A model generated the notes under the pieces. That model searched no databases. It saw nothing but the letters and a program-made list of their open reading frames with translations, and was not told the origin of the DNA. Both the position numbers and the translations under genes were made by a program. Positions 1-9,401 of a DNA stretch of 64,000 nucleotides are shown here, one piece after another. This stretch comes from Bacilli bacterium (GTDB lineage Bacteria; Bacillota_I; Bacilli_A; RF39; UBA660): NCBI GenBank assembly GCA_017459425.1, contig JAFUCZ010000030.1, forward strand, positions 4,096 to 68,095, read 5' to 3'. Position 1 is the stretch's first letter; each line of letters begins with the position of its first letter.

Positions 1-12
1 AAGAAAAAATTT

Positions 13-678
13 TTGAAAACTAAACTGTTTAATAATATAAATATATTTTTAAATAAAAATAGACTTATAAAAAGGTATTTTGATGACATAAGATTTAAAA
101 ATGTAATAAATTTAAGTATTTCAGCAATTATCAATTTTAGCTTTATATTTATTAATTTTATTAATGGAATATTAAATAAATCAATATGGTTTATTTCAGT
201 AGCCTTATACTATTTTTTGCTTACAATCATAAGAATAATTTTATTAAATAATTTAAGAAAATATAATATAAAAAAAGAATATAAAATATATAGAAATGTT
301 GGATATTTTAGTCTTGTTTTAAATGTTGCTTTAGTGATAATGATTATACAAATGGTTCATAGTAATGTTGCCATTGTTTATGATAGATACGTAATATATC
401 TAACTGCAACATATACTTTTTATCTAATTATAAGCGCAATTATAAATGTATTCGTATACAAAAAATACAATAGTCCTATATTGTCATCAGTTAAAGTAAT
501 AAATTTATTAACTTCAAGTGTTTCTATATTAATACTACAAACTACAATGATAGCAACATTTGGTGAAAATGATTTAAAATATATGCAACTAATGAATGGA
601 ATTACTGGAGCAGCCATATCACTTTTAACTATAGGTGTTTCAATATATATGATAAAAAAAAGTTATCGTAAAATATAA
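13..678 (+). CDS. Polytopic membrane protein of unknown function (frame is open to base 1, so the true start may lie upstream of the window)
   Basis: 221-aa ORF with about six hydrophobic helices (INFSFIFINFINGIL, WFISVALYYFLLTIIRIILL, GYFSLVLNVALVIMIIQMV). TTG at 13 is only a nominal start. No family recognised. Confidence 0.45.
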   Translation: MKTKLFNNINIFLNKNRLIKRYFDDIRFKNVINLSISAIINFSFIFINFINGILNKSIWFISVALYYFLLTIIRIILLNNLRKYNIKKEYKIYRNVGYFSLVLNVALVIMIIQMVHSNVAIVYDRYVIYLTATYTFYLIISAIINVFVYKKYNSPILSSVKVINLLTSSVSILILQTTMIATFGENDLKYMQLMNGITGAAISLLTIGVSIYMIKKSYRKI

Positions 679-728
679 TAGTGATAATCTATTTTATGTG
701 CTATAATATATAGAGAATAGGTGATGAC

Positions 729-1976
729 ATGAATGATAATGAAAATAATAATTGGTTAAAATATAAGGATGATACATATTCTAAATTTGCATACTCTATT
801 AGTAAATGGCCTTTTGCATCTATAGAAAAAGCTTCAAAATCTGTTAAAAAAAATATTATTTTACAAAAACAAAGATTAGATCATTATGGAATAAAATTGG
901 AAAGTATTAATGAGGCAGATGATTTTTCTGATTCTATATCATTTATACTTAGCAAAAGGTTCGCAAGTAATAATAACAGTACGTTTAATAATACTACACA
1001 TTTTGTTACTGCATATAAAACTATGAATTATTATAAAGGTAATGAATTGTTAAATAGTTTTAAATATAGTAATAAATTGTGCGCTAATGTTACTAGTGTA
1101 AATGATGAACAAAAAGTTTTAAATAAACTAGATAATTGTCCAAATTGTGGAGCAGTGTTATCAGTTCAAGAATTATTAAATGGTTGTAAATATTGCCATA
1201 CAAAATTTACGATAGATGATTTATACCCAGTAATTACAAATTATTATGTGTTACCATATGTTTCTGATAGAGATAGTCTTAAAAATGGAGCAATTAAAAT
1301 AGGTAGTTTTATATGTACTATTTTATTTTGTTTGATTTGTTTTTATATAAATTATGATGGAAATTTGATTCAAAATATTTTAATATATACTATTTGCTCA
1401 CCTTTTGTATATTTCGCTTTTGCATTCATTTTAAATATAAGTAGTTCTTTTTATTATATGATTAAATATGCAAAAGCTAGCAAATATGAAGCTCCATATT
1501 TTAAAACTCATAAAAGTAAAAAAATAATTGAAAATTTTATGGCACAGTATGATGAAAAATTTACTTATCTATTATTTGAAGGTAAAATTATATCAAAACT
1601 TAAAGATGAATTTTTCAAATCAAATAGTAAGTTTGAAAATATAATTGATTCTGAATATTGTGGAGGTATGTCTGTTAATAAATTATATGAAGAAAATGAT
1701 AATGTATTTTTAGATTTAAATGTATATTTTTACAATACAATTTATGAAAACGAAAAAATAAATAAGGTTAAACAAATATATAGAGTAGTATTAACTAGAG
1801 ATAAAACAGCAAAAACAACTTCCGATATACATATTGCTGGAATAAATTGTAAAAACTGTGGCGCCAACATTGATGTAGATAATGACATTAAATGTAAGTA
1901 TTGTGGTAGTGAATATAATTTAGAAAAATATGATTTTGTAGTTTTAAATGTAGAACTATCCAATGAAACTTTTTAA
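729..1976 (+). CDS. Double zinc-ribbon membrane protein, function unknown
   Basis: Two CxxC...CxxC ribbons (CPNCGAVLSVQELLNGCKYCHTKF; CKNCGANIDVDNDIKCKYCGSEY) flank central TM helices (IGSFICTILFCLICFYI, ILIYTICSPFVYFAFAFIL). ATG start, followed by a terminator. Confidence 0.55.
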   Translation: MNDNENNNWLKYKDDTYSKFAYSISKWPFASIEKASKSVKKNIILQKQRLDHYGIKLESINEADDFSDSISFILSKRFASNNNSTFNNTTHFVTAYKTMNYYKGNELLNSFKYSNKLCANVTSVNDEQKVLNKLDNCPNCGAVLSVQELLNGCKYCHTKFTIDDLYPVITNYYVLPYVSDRDSLKNGAIKIGSFICTILFCLICFYINYDGNLIQNILIYTICSPFVYFAFAFILNISSSFYYMIKYAKASKYEAPYFKTHKSKKIIENFMAQYDEKFTYLLFEGKIISKLKDEFFKSNSKFENIIDSEYCGGMSVNKLYEENDNVFLDLNVYFYNTIYENEKINKVKQIYRVVLTRDKTAKTTSDIHIAGINCKNCGANIDVDNDIKCKYCGSEYNLEKYDFVVLNVELSNETF

Positions 1977-1996
1977 AAGAACTTAGTTCTTTTTTC
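1976..1996 (+). terminator. Rho-independent terminator
   Basis: 7-bp stem aaagaac/gttcttt with loop tta, followed by a T-run, overlapping the stop codon at 1974-1976. Confidence 0.6.
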
Positions 1997-2023
1997 TTTT
2001 CTTATTAATATAATTTTATATAC

Positions 2024-2053
2024 TTGCAATTCCTACTAAATTGGTAGTATAAT
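2024..2053 (+). promoter_or_regulatory. Putative sigma-A promoter of the Rrf2-sufCBD operon with an embedded imperfect palindrome (candidate Rrf2 operator)
   Basis: TTGCAA (2024-2029), 18-nt spacer, TATAAT (2048-2053). The spacer contains CTACTAAATTGGTAG (2033-2047), in which 6 of 7 positions pair as an inverted repeat. Confidence 0.4.
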
Positions 2054-2072
2054 TGTTTTGGAGATGAGATGT

Positions 2073-2480
2073 ATGAAAATATCTACAAAAGGGCGATATG
2101 CACTAGCAATAATGATCAATTTAGCCTCTAATTATGATAGTGGAAGATATGTATCTTTAAAAGAAATATCATTAAAAGAAAATATTTCACTTAAATATTT
2201 AGAAAAAATAATGATTAATTTAAATAAAGAAAATATTATTGATGTCGCACGTGGTAATAATGGTGGATATAAATTAAAAAAAGATCCTTCTAAATATATT
2301 ATTGGCGATATCTTACGAATTGCTGAAGGTGATTTAATGCCTGTGTCATGCATAAATACTGATTGTGAAAAGAAAAATGAATGCAAAACATTTCCACTAT
2401 GGAAGGAATTAAACGATTTAATAAATAATTATTTAGATAGTAAAACATTAGCGGATTATATAGAAAGGAGTAGTTTATGA
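2073..2480 (+). CDS. Rrf2-family transcriptional regulator (IscR/CymR-like)
   Basis: N-terminus MKISTKGRYALAIMINLA is the Rrf2 wHTH signature. C-terminal Cys cluster (CINTDCEKKNEC). GGAGA RBS before ATG 2073. ATGA overlap with sufC. Confidence 0.85.
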   Translation: MKISTKGRYALAIMINLASNYDSGRYVSLKEISLKENISLKYLEKIMINLNKENIIDVARGNNGGYKLKKDPSKYIIGDILRIAEGDLMPVSCINTDCEKKNECKTFPLWKELNDLINNYLDSKTLADYIERSSL

Positions 2481-3217
2481 AATTACTTGAAATTAACAAT
2501 TTACATACCATTTCAAATGATAATAAAAAAGAAATATTAAAAGGACTTAGTTTGAAAATTAATTCAGGCGAGGTTCACGTAATAATGGGACCAAATGGAA
2601 GTGGAAAAACAACACTTGCAAATACTATATTTAATAATCCAAAATACAGTATTACATCAGGAAATATTATTTTTGACGGAGAAGAATTAAATAATCTTAA
2701 ACCTAATGAGATAGCGCAAAAGAAAATATTTATGTCTTTCCAAATTCCTGTTGAAGTACCTGGAGTTACTAATGCACAATTTTTAAAAACAATAAAATCT
2801 AACTTAAGCGATGAAAGACTTAATTTATTAAAATTCTCAAAAGAAGTAAGAGAAAATATGAACAAATTAAAAATTAATCCAGATTACTTGAATAGAGATT
2901 TAAATGTAGGTTTTTCAGGTGGAGAAAAAAAGAAAAATGAAATTCTTCAATTGCTTACAGTAAATCCGAAATTTGCTATACTTGATGAAACTGATTCAGG
3001 TCTTGATGTGGATGCTATAAAATTAGTATCAAAAGGTATAAGTCTTTATAAAACAAAAGAAAATGCAGTATTGATTATTACTCATTCTACTAAAATATTA
3101 AAATATTTAGATGTTGATTATGTACATATTTTATCAGATGGAAAAATAGTTAAAAGTGGAGATAGAAGCTTAGCTAATTTCATTGAAGAAAATGGATATG
3201 CTTCTTATATAAAATAA
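2477..3217 (+). CDS. sufC: Fe-S cluster assembly ATPase SufC
   Basis: Walker A GPNGSGKTT, ABC signature FSGGEKKKNEILQL, Walker B ILDETDSGLD. Followed directly by sufB and sufD. Confidence 0.95.
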   Translation: MKLLEINNLHTISNDNKKEILKGLSLKINSGEVHVIMGPNGSGKTTLANTIFNNPKYSITSGNIIFDGEELNNLKPNEIAQKKIFMSFQIPVEVPGVTNAQFLKTIKSNLSDERLNLLKFSKEVRENMNKLKINPDYLNRDLNVGFSGGEKKKNEILQLLTVNPKFAILDETDSGLDVDAIKLVSKGISLYKTKENAVLIITHSTKILKYLDVDYVHILSDGKIVKSGDRSLANFIEENGYASYIK

Positions 3218-4620
3218 TGAAAACAGATATAACTAAATACGAAGATAAAAAAATAAAAAATATTTATAATATGAAAGTAGAAGAAAAGGGGCTTCCTACA
3301 AAATTAGGATTAAATAAAAAAATAGTTGAAAGTATTAGCATGGAAAAAAATGAACCTAAATGGGTTCTTGATATAAGATTAAAAGCTTTAGATTTATATA
3401 ATAAACTAGAACTTCCTACGTGGGGACCAGATTTATCTGAACTTGATATAGATTCGATTTATACGTATGTTGGTTCAAATACTAAAATGAATGAATCATG
3501 GGAAGAAGTGCCAGATGATATAAAAAATGTTTTTGATGCACTTGGAATACCAGAGGCAGAAAAAAAATCACTTGGAGGAGTAGGAGCACAATTTGATTCA
3601 GAAATGGTATATCATAAAATATCGGATGAATTAAGTAAAAAAGGTGTAATTTATACAAATTTTGATACAGCAATAAAAGAGTATCCAGATTTGGTTAAAC
3701 AATATTTTACTAAGTGTGTTCCAATTTCAGATCATAAATTTATCGCTTTGCACTACGCTTTATTTTCAGGTGGATCATTTGTTTATGTTCCAAAAGGCGT
3801 AAAATTAGATACTCCTTTGCAATCATATTTTAGATTAAATGCTAAAGGTGCAGGACAATTTGAACATACACTTATAATAGTTGAAGATGAAGCGTCATTA
3901 CAATTTATTGAAGGATGTTCAGCGCCTGGATATAATGAGCTAAATTTACATGCTGGATGTGTTGAATTATTTGTAAAAAACAATGGATTTTTAAGATTCT
4001 CTACAATTGAGAATTGGTCTAAAAATATGATGAATTTAAATACAAAAAAAGCAATTGTTGGTAAAAATAGTAGAATTGAATGGATTATGGGATCGTTTGG
4101 TTCTAAAATATCTATGCTTTATCCATTAACTGTATTATCAGATAATTCTACTTGTGAATTTACAGGTATTTCATTTGCGGGTAAAGGGCAAAATTTAGAC
4201 ACAGGTTTAAAGGTAATTCATAATGGTAGCAACACATCTACTGTTGTTAATTCTAAATCAATCTCTAAAGATGGAGGTATTTGTACATTTAGAAGTAATG
4301 CATGGGTTAAGAAAAATGCCACTAATTCAAAACTTACAATTTCTTGTGATTCACTTATGATGGATAGTATTTCAAGAAGCGATACAATTCCAGTAAATCA
4401 TTTAGAAACAAATGATGTAATTTTTTCTCATGAAGCTAAAATAGGTAAAATATCAGATGAAGAAATATTTTATTTGATGAGTAGGGGATTAAGTGAACAA
4501 GATGCCAAAGCATTAATAGTTAGAGGATTTGCTGAACCAATAGCAGCATCTTTCCCAATAGAATATGCTGTTGAAATGAATAGATTAATTGATTTAGAAC
4601 TTGAAGGTGCAATTGGATAG
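3217..4620 (+). CDS. sufB: Fe-S cluster assembly scaffold SufB
   Basis: 467 aa with typical SufB blocks (FEHTLIIVEDEASLQFIEGCSAP, FSHEAKIGKISDEEIFYLMSRGLSEQDA). TAATG overlap with sufC. Confidence 0.95.
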   Translation: MKTDITKYEDKKIKNIYNMKVEEKGLPTKLGLNKKIVESISMEKNEPKWVLDIRLKALDLYNKLELPTWGPDLSELDIDSIYTYVGSNTKMNESWEEVPDDIKNVFDALGIPEAEKKSLGGVGAQFDSEMVYHKISDELSKKGVIYTNFDTAIKEYPDLVKQYFTKCVPISDHKFIALHYALFSGGSFVYVPKGVKLDTPLQSYFRLNAKGAGQFEHTLIIVEDEASLQFIEGCSAPGYNELNLHAGCVELFVKNNGFLRFSTIENWSKNMMNLNTKKAIVGKNSRIEWIMGSFGSKISMLYPLTVLSDNSTCEFTGISFAGKGQNLDTGLKVIHNGSNTSTVVNSKSISKDGGICTFRSNAWVKKNATNSKLTISCDSLMMDSISRSDTIPVNHLETNDVIFSHEAKIGKISDEEIFYLMSRGLSEQDAKALIVRGFAEPIAASFPIEYAVEMNRLIDLELEGAIG

Positions 4621-4630
4621 GGGGTGCAAT

Positions 4631-5656
4631 ATGGAACAACTTTTAAATAAAACTTATGTTAGAACATGTAATAATTTTAAGATAAATGAATTAAAAGTAG
4701 ACTTAGATTTTAAAGAAGATAAATTTTCTGAATTAGAAATAGAATCTCCAGAATTAGACAAATTAAATATAAATAAAAGTATTAAATCTAATTTTTTAAA
4801 TAAAGTTGGACTTTTTTCAAAAAAGTATTATTCACTTGAAGTATTAGTAAAAAATACATTAAGTAATAGTGTATTTATTAGTTACGATTTTTCTGATTCT
4901 AATTATTATTTAGCAGATGAAATTGTATTAAATTTAAAAGAAAATACTTCTTCTGATTTTATAATTATTTTTAAAGGTGAAAATAAATGCATCTCTAATT
5001 GCAAACTTGTTATAAATGCAGATAATAATAGTGATTCAAATATAAGCATAGTTAATTTAGTAAATGATAGTTCAAGTTCTTTTTTATCTGTCGAAAGTAA
5101 TTTAAAAGAGAATGCTTTGGTTACTCATAATTATATTGATTTAGGTGGGAATTTAAAAGTATCAAATTTCTATATAGAATTAAATGGTAAAAATAGTATT
5201 TCCAATTTAAATAGTATTTATATGGGATGTAATAGTGATAGAATTGATATGAATTATTATATAAAATGTAATAATTTAAACACTAAAGGTACTATATTAA
5301 GTTATGGAACATTAAATGATTTAAGTTATAAATCTTTTAAAGGGACAATAGATTTTATAAAAGGATGTTGTAAATCAGTTGGTATGGAGCAAGAAAACTG
5401 TATGCTGTTATCTAATAAATGTAAGTCAAAATCTCTTCCAATACTTTTATGTGGAGAAGAAAATGTAGTTGGTACACATGGTGTATCTTCTGGTAAAATA
5501 GATGAAAATAAAATGTTTTATTTAATGTCAAAAGGACTTAGTGAAGTTGAAGCAAAAAAAATGATAATTATGTCACTATTTAATCAAGTAATTAATAATA
5601 TAAAAGATGAGAAAATAAAAGAAATAATAATTGATGATATTAATAAGCGTTTATAG
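4631..5656 (+). CDS. sufD: Fe-S cluster assembly protein SufD (divergent)
   Basis: C-terminal SufB/D beta-helix signature (GTHGVSSGKIDENKMFYLMSKGLSEVEAKKMII). GGGGGTG RBS before ATG 4631; the track ORF starts earlier, at 4601. Confidence 0.75.
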   Translation: MEQLLNKTYVRTCNNFKINELKVDLDFKEDKFSELEIESPELDKLNINKSIKSNFLNKVGLFSKKYYSLEVLVKNTLSNSVFISYDFSDSNYYLADEIVLNLKENTSSDFIIIFKGENKCISNCKLVINADNNSDSNISIVNLVNDSSSSFLSVESNLKENALVTHNYIDLGGNLKVSNFYIELNGKNSISNLNSIYMGCNSDRIDMNYYIKCNNLNTKGTILSYGTLNDLSYKSFKGTIDFIKGCCKSVGMEQENCMLLSNKCKSKSLPILLCGEENVVGTHGVSSGKIDENKMFYLMSKGLSEVEAKKMIIMSLFNQVINNIKDEKIKEIIIDDINKRL

Positions 5657-5709
5657 TTTTACTTATAAAATTATTCATGGTATAATGTTGATAGATATAG
5701 GTGATAAAT

Positions 5710-6153
5710 ATGGAAAATGATGTATACAAGAAAGTATTAGAATTTAAAAATAAATATCCAATAACAGTTGGTTGGAGATTGAAAAGACATTGTGAAATAG
5801 CGCAAAAACATCTTAATCCTAATGAGTATATTGAATACGCTTTTGTAGCTCAAAAGAATGATAATCCATTAGATATTATTACAACTTTTGTTGTAGTACT
5901 TACTAACAAAAGAATTATATTAGCACAAAAAAGGTTATTCTTTGGTTATTTCTTTACAGCAATTACACCAGATATGTTTAATGATTTAAGTGTTAAAATG
6001 GGTATTGTTTGGGGCAAAATAGAAATAGATACAATAAAAGAAGTTGTTAAATTATCAAATATTCAAAAAGAAGCACTTCCTGAAATTGAAACAAATATAT
6101 CTGAATACATGATTCGTGAGAAGAAAAAATATAAAAAACTAAATGAGCAATAA
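5710..6153 (+). CDS. Small bacterial PH-like (YokE-like) domain protein, function unknown
   Basis: AGGTGA RBS before ATG 5710. The pattern EYIEYAFVAQKN...VVVLTNKRIILAQKR resembles bPH/YokE-like domains (from memory, weak). Confidence 0.4.
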   Translation: MENDVYKKVLEFKNKYPITVGWRLKRHCEIAQKHLNPNEYIEYAFVAQKNDNPLDIITTFVVVLTNKRIILAQKRLFFGYFFTAITPDMFNDLSVKMGIVWGKIEIDTIKEVVKLSNIQKEALPEIETNISEYMIREKKKYKKLNEQ

Positions 6154-6166
6154 TGCTCTTTTTTCT
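6145..6166 (+). terminator. Weak rho-independent terminator
   Basis: 5-bp stem gagca/tgctc with loop ataa, then T6; overlaps the stop codon. Confidence 0.45.
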
Positions 6167-6214
6167 TGAAAAAATATATAAAAATTTATATAATTTATAT
6201 AGAAGGTGGATGTA

Positions 6215-7456
6215 ATGAAAAAGTTACTTTTATTAGTTTTAGGACTTATAATTATTTATCTTGGATTACAAGCTTGTATTAAATTTTTTGGTAATGGTCA
6301 TAGCGAAATTTATATAATAAATAATGATAAAAAGGAATTAAAAATACAAGAAAAATATTATCAAAAAATCGATGAAATGAAAAATCATTATGATTTTACT
6401 ATTAGTGTTGATAAATTAAGTTTTTCATTTTCTATATATGATAATTTTAATAGGGATAATCAAATAATTAAAAATGTGTATTATTATAAAGATAAGGAAT
6501 ATACTTGTATTTTACCTATTTTTAAAGGTGAAAAATTAGAAACAGATTTAATGTGTATGAAAGAATCTATAATATATCCATATCATATAATAAAAGGTAA
6601 AGATAAAAAATTAGATACATATGTATCTAAAATAGATTTATATGATGAAAAAGTATTTTATGATGATAAAACTAAATTTAAAGGAACTGATTCGCTTAAG
6701 GTTTTTGTTAATAATTTAAATGATAATGAATTATTAGCGCTTAATAATTATAAGGGAGTTTATTTAATAAATGATACAATAAGTAATATAAAATTATTTA
6801 AAAGTGATGCTTATACACAAAAGTTAAATTATATTGTGGATAATAAATATGTGGTTGCTAATTACGAGTGTGAATATGACTTTAATAGTATATATATTGT
6901 TAATATGAAAAATGGTGATAAGACATTAATGAAAACTCCTGAAATATCTTTTGATTCATATATACAAGGCGTAATTGATAATTCAATTTATTTGATTGAT
7001 AAAAGTAATAAAAAACAATTTCAGTTAGATATAAATGATGATAAAGTATATGAAATTGGAAATGAAAATAAAGGAACAAAGTATTATGATGGTAAATCAT
7101 TAATTAATAAAACCATGATTCAAACACTTAATAATCAACTTGAATTTGCAAATGATTTCAAGAAAGAATTTGATGATTATATAGAAATTGGGAACTCAAA
7201 AACAAAATATTATATTTATTTTAAAAAAGTTGATAACTGATATGATATTTATAAATCTTATTCTTTGAATAAAAATTTGATTTATTTATTTCATGTTAGT
7301 GATTATAAACAAGTTACCTTTATAGATGATTATATTTATTTAATAGAGGGTAATAATTTGATTAGATATAATGATTATTCAGGTAAAAAGACATTATTAA
7401 TTAATTCAGAATTTGATTTTAATGATAATTTATATTATTATGTTTATCACAAATAA
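6215..7456 (+). pseudogene. Membrane-anchored repeat (beta-propeller-like) protein interrupted by one in-frame TGA (7238-7240)
   Basis: ORFs 6206-7240 and 7265-7456 are in the same frame. The 8 codons between them carry no stop. The downstream piece has no ATG or RBS (nominal TTG only) and continues the same Y/N/D-rich repeat style. Confidence 0.5.
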
Positions 7457-7489
7457 AATATAAGCATATATTATCTTAGAGGTGAAATT

Positions 7490-7927
7490 ATGTATCAGGT
7501 ATATAAGATGATGGATTATGAAACTCTAAGTGATGTTGCTAATAAAATTGGAGTAGATGAAGATTTCCTTAAAAGTTTAAATAGTAATTTTGATAGTGAA
7601 TATATTGTTATCCCAGCTAATGCGATGAATGATGGATCTAGTTTTAGAAAATACATAGTTAAAAGTGGTGATTCAATATATTCAATTTCTAAAAAAAGTG
7701 GGGTAGATAAATCAATTTTATTAATGCTTAATGGATTAAATGAAGCTGACTATATTTATCCAAATCAAGAATTATTAATACCTAATGAGTCAATAAATAT
7801 GTATATAACAGAAGAAAATGACACCCTAGATTTAATTAGCGAAAAAACTGGTGTTAATATTGAAGAATTACTAGAAAAAAATCCTAAATTATATTTAATG
7901 GAAGATCAAGTAATTATTTATAATTAA
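7490..7927 (+). CDS. LysM-domain protein (three LysM-like repeats)
   Basis: Repeated LysM pattern: YKMMDYETLSDVANKIGVDEDFLKSLN; YIVKSGDSIYSISKKSGVDKSILLMLNGL...LLIP; YITEENDTLDLISEKTGVNIEELLEKN. Confidence 0.8.
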   Translation: MYQVYKMMDYETLSDVANKIGVDEDFLKSLNSNFDSEYIVIPANAMNDGSSFRKYIVKSGDSIYSISKKSGVDKSILLMLNGLNEADYIYPNQELLIPNESINMYITEENDTLDLISEKTGVNIEELLEKNPKLYLMEDQVIIYN

Positions 7928-7931
7928 ATTT

Positions 7932-7961
7932 GTATCATTCTTTGAATGGTACTTTTTTTTT
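7932..7961 (+). terminator. Rho-independent terminator
   Basis: 9-bp stem gtatcattc/gaatggtac (one G-U pair), loop ttt, then T9. Confidence 0.7.
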
Positions 7962-8000
7962 ATTTCTTTTTGTTATATAATATTTAAGTAGGGTGATTGT

Positions 8001-8408
8001 ATGAAAAAATTTTTAATATTTTCTTTACTTATTTTACTGGCTGGTTGTTCTAAATTAACTACATATAAAGAAATTAATTATAAAAAATTAACTAGTAAAT
8101 TAGATAATTCTGAAAGCTTTATATTGTTTATCGGTAGTAGTACGTGTAGTCATTGTGATAATTTTAAAAAAACAATTAATTCTGTTATAAAAGATTATCA
8201 AGTAGAAGTATATTATATTGATATATCAAAATTAAGTGATAATGAAAAAAATTTAATTAGTAGTAAAATTCAATTTAAATATACCCCAACAACAATTTTC
8301 ATTGAAAAAGGTGTTGCTAGTAGTGATGTAACTAAAAGAATAGTTGGAGAAGCATCATATGATAAAGTGGTAAAGAAATTAAAAGCTAATGGCTATATAG
8401 AAAGGTAA
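8001..8408 (+). CDS. Thioredoxin-like lipoprotein (extracytoplasmic thiol-disulfide oxidoreductase-like)
   Basis: Lipobox LLAGC at the end of the signal peptide (MKKFLIFSLLILLAGCSK). CSHC active-site motif in a thioredoxin-fold context (FILFIGSSTCSHCDNFKK). Confidence 0.75.
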   Translation: MKKFLIFSLLILLAGCSKLTTYKEINYKKLTSKLDNSESFILFIGSSTCSHCDNFKKTINSVIKDYQVEVYYIDISKLSDNEKNLISSKIQFKYTPTTIFIEKGVASSDVTKRIVGEASYDKVVKKLKANGYIER

Positions 8409-8412
8409 TTTT

Positions 8413-9393
8413 ATGGATAATATTGAAATTTTTAATTTAGATGATAATTTTAGTGTTATTGATTCATATGGAGAAGATTTAACAAAAAAGGAATATATTA
8501 CGAATCCAGCAATAGCTCGTGATGATGAAATAAAAAGGTTAATTATTGTTTTACTTACTCCAGAAAAATCAGCATTATTAGTTGGTAAACCAGGTATAGG
8601 TAAAACAGCAATTGTAGAAGGACTTGCGTATTTAATTCAAAGAAATGAAGTACCAGAAGCTTTAAAAGGTTATAGAATTATTAAAATTAATTCTACTTCT
8701 TTAATTGGAACAGTTAGTGTGAATGGTAAAGAAGAAATGGCTATGAATATTTTAGTTTCAGAGCTAAAAAACATGAGCAAAACAATCTTGTTCATAGACG
8801 AAGTTCATACACTTATTGGTGGTAAATCTGATGGTCCAATGGATTTGGCAAATATTTTAAAACCTGGATTAGATAGAGGAGATATAAAAGCAATTGGTGC
8901 TACTACAACTATTGAGTATGATACATATATAATTCGTGATAGAGCTTTTTTAAGAAGATTTGAGCGAATTGATGTTTTAGAGCCAAGTGAAGAAGTTACA
9001 GTTTCTATTTTAATGGGAAGCTTACCTAAAATTGAAAAGCAAACAGGAATAAAATTTAAATATAATGATTATGTAACAAGAATGCTAATTGAATCAATTG
9101 TAAGTGCAACCTCAGAATATAAAAGAGTTTATGGATTATCGGCAATGTATCCTGATGTAGCGCTTTCTGTTTTAACTCAAAGTTTTTCAACAGCACTTTT
9201 TAGTAATAAGCCATGTGTAGATATAACTGATGTATATAATGCAATTAAAACAAGTAAAAGAATATATCCAGATAGTATTATTAAAGAACTTAAATTATTT
9301 AAAGAAAAATATAAAGATTTTTGTAAAGAAGAGGGTATAACATTACCTGATGTAACAATAGATGAACTTGAAAAAACTCAAGAAAGATTTTAG
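8413..9393 (+). CDS. Stand-alone AAA+ ATPase resembling the D1 module of ClpA/ClpB/ClpC
   Basis: Clp D1 signature (NPAIARDDEIKRLIIVLLTPEKSALLVGKPGIGKTAIVEGLAYLI), Walker B LFIDEVHTLIG, GATTTIEYD..RDRAFLRRFERIDV. Only 326 aa: no N-domain, D2 or ClpP loop. Confidence 0.8.
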   Translation: MDNIEIFNLDDNFSVIDSYGEDLTKKEYITNPAIARDDEIKRLIIVLLTPEKSALLVGKPGIGKTAIVEGLAYLIQRNEVPEALKGYRIIKINSTSLIGTVSVNGKEEMAMNILVSELKNMSKTILFIDEVHTLIGGKSDGPMDLANILKPGLDRGDIKAIGATTTIEYDTYIIRDRAFLRRFERIDVLEPSEEVTVSILMGSLPKIEKQTGIKFKYNDYVTRMLIESIVSATSEYKRVYGLSAMYPDVALSVLTQSFSTALFSNKPCVDITDVYNAIKTSKRIYPDSIIKELKLFKEKYKDFCKEEGITLPDVTIDELEKTQERF

Positions 9394-9401
9394 GAGGTAT
9401 T

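Noticed and set aside
7238-7240. Possibility that the organism uses genetic code 4 (TGA = Trp), suggested by the in-frame TGA in gene 6215-7456.
   Set aside because: TGA works as a genuine stop elsewhere (the Rrf2 gene ends at the ATGA overlap with sufC at 2477-2480; dinD ends at 59704-59706). Trp is encoded by TGG throughout, and no other long gene needs TGA read-through.
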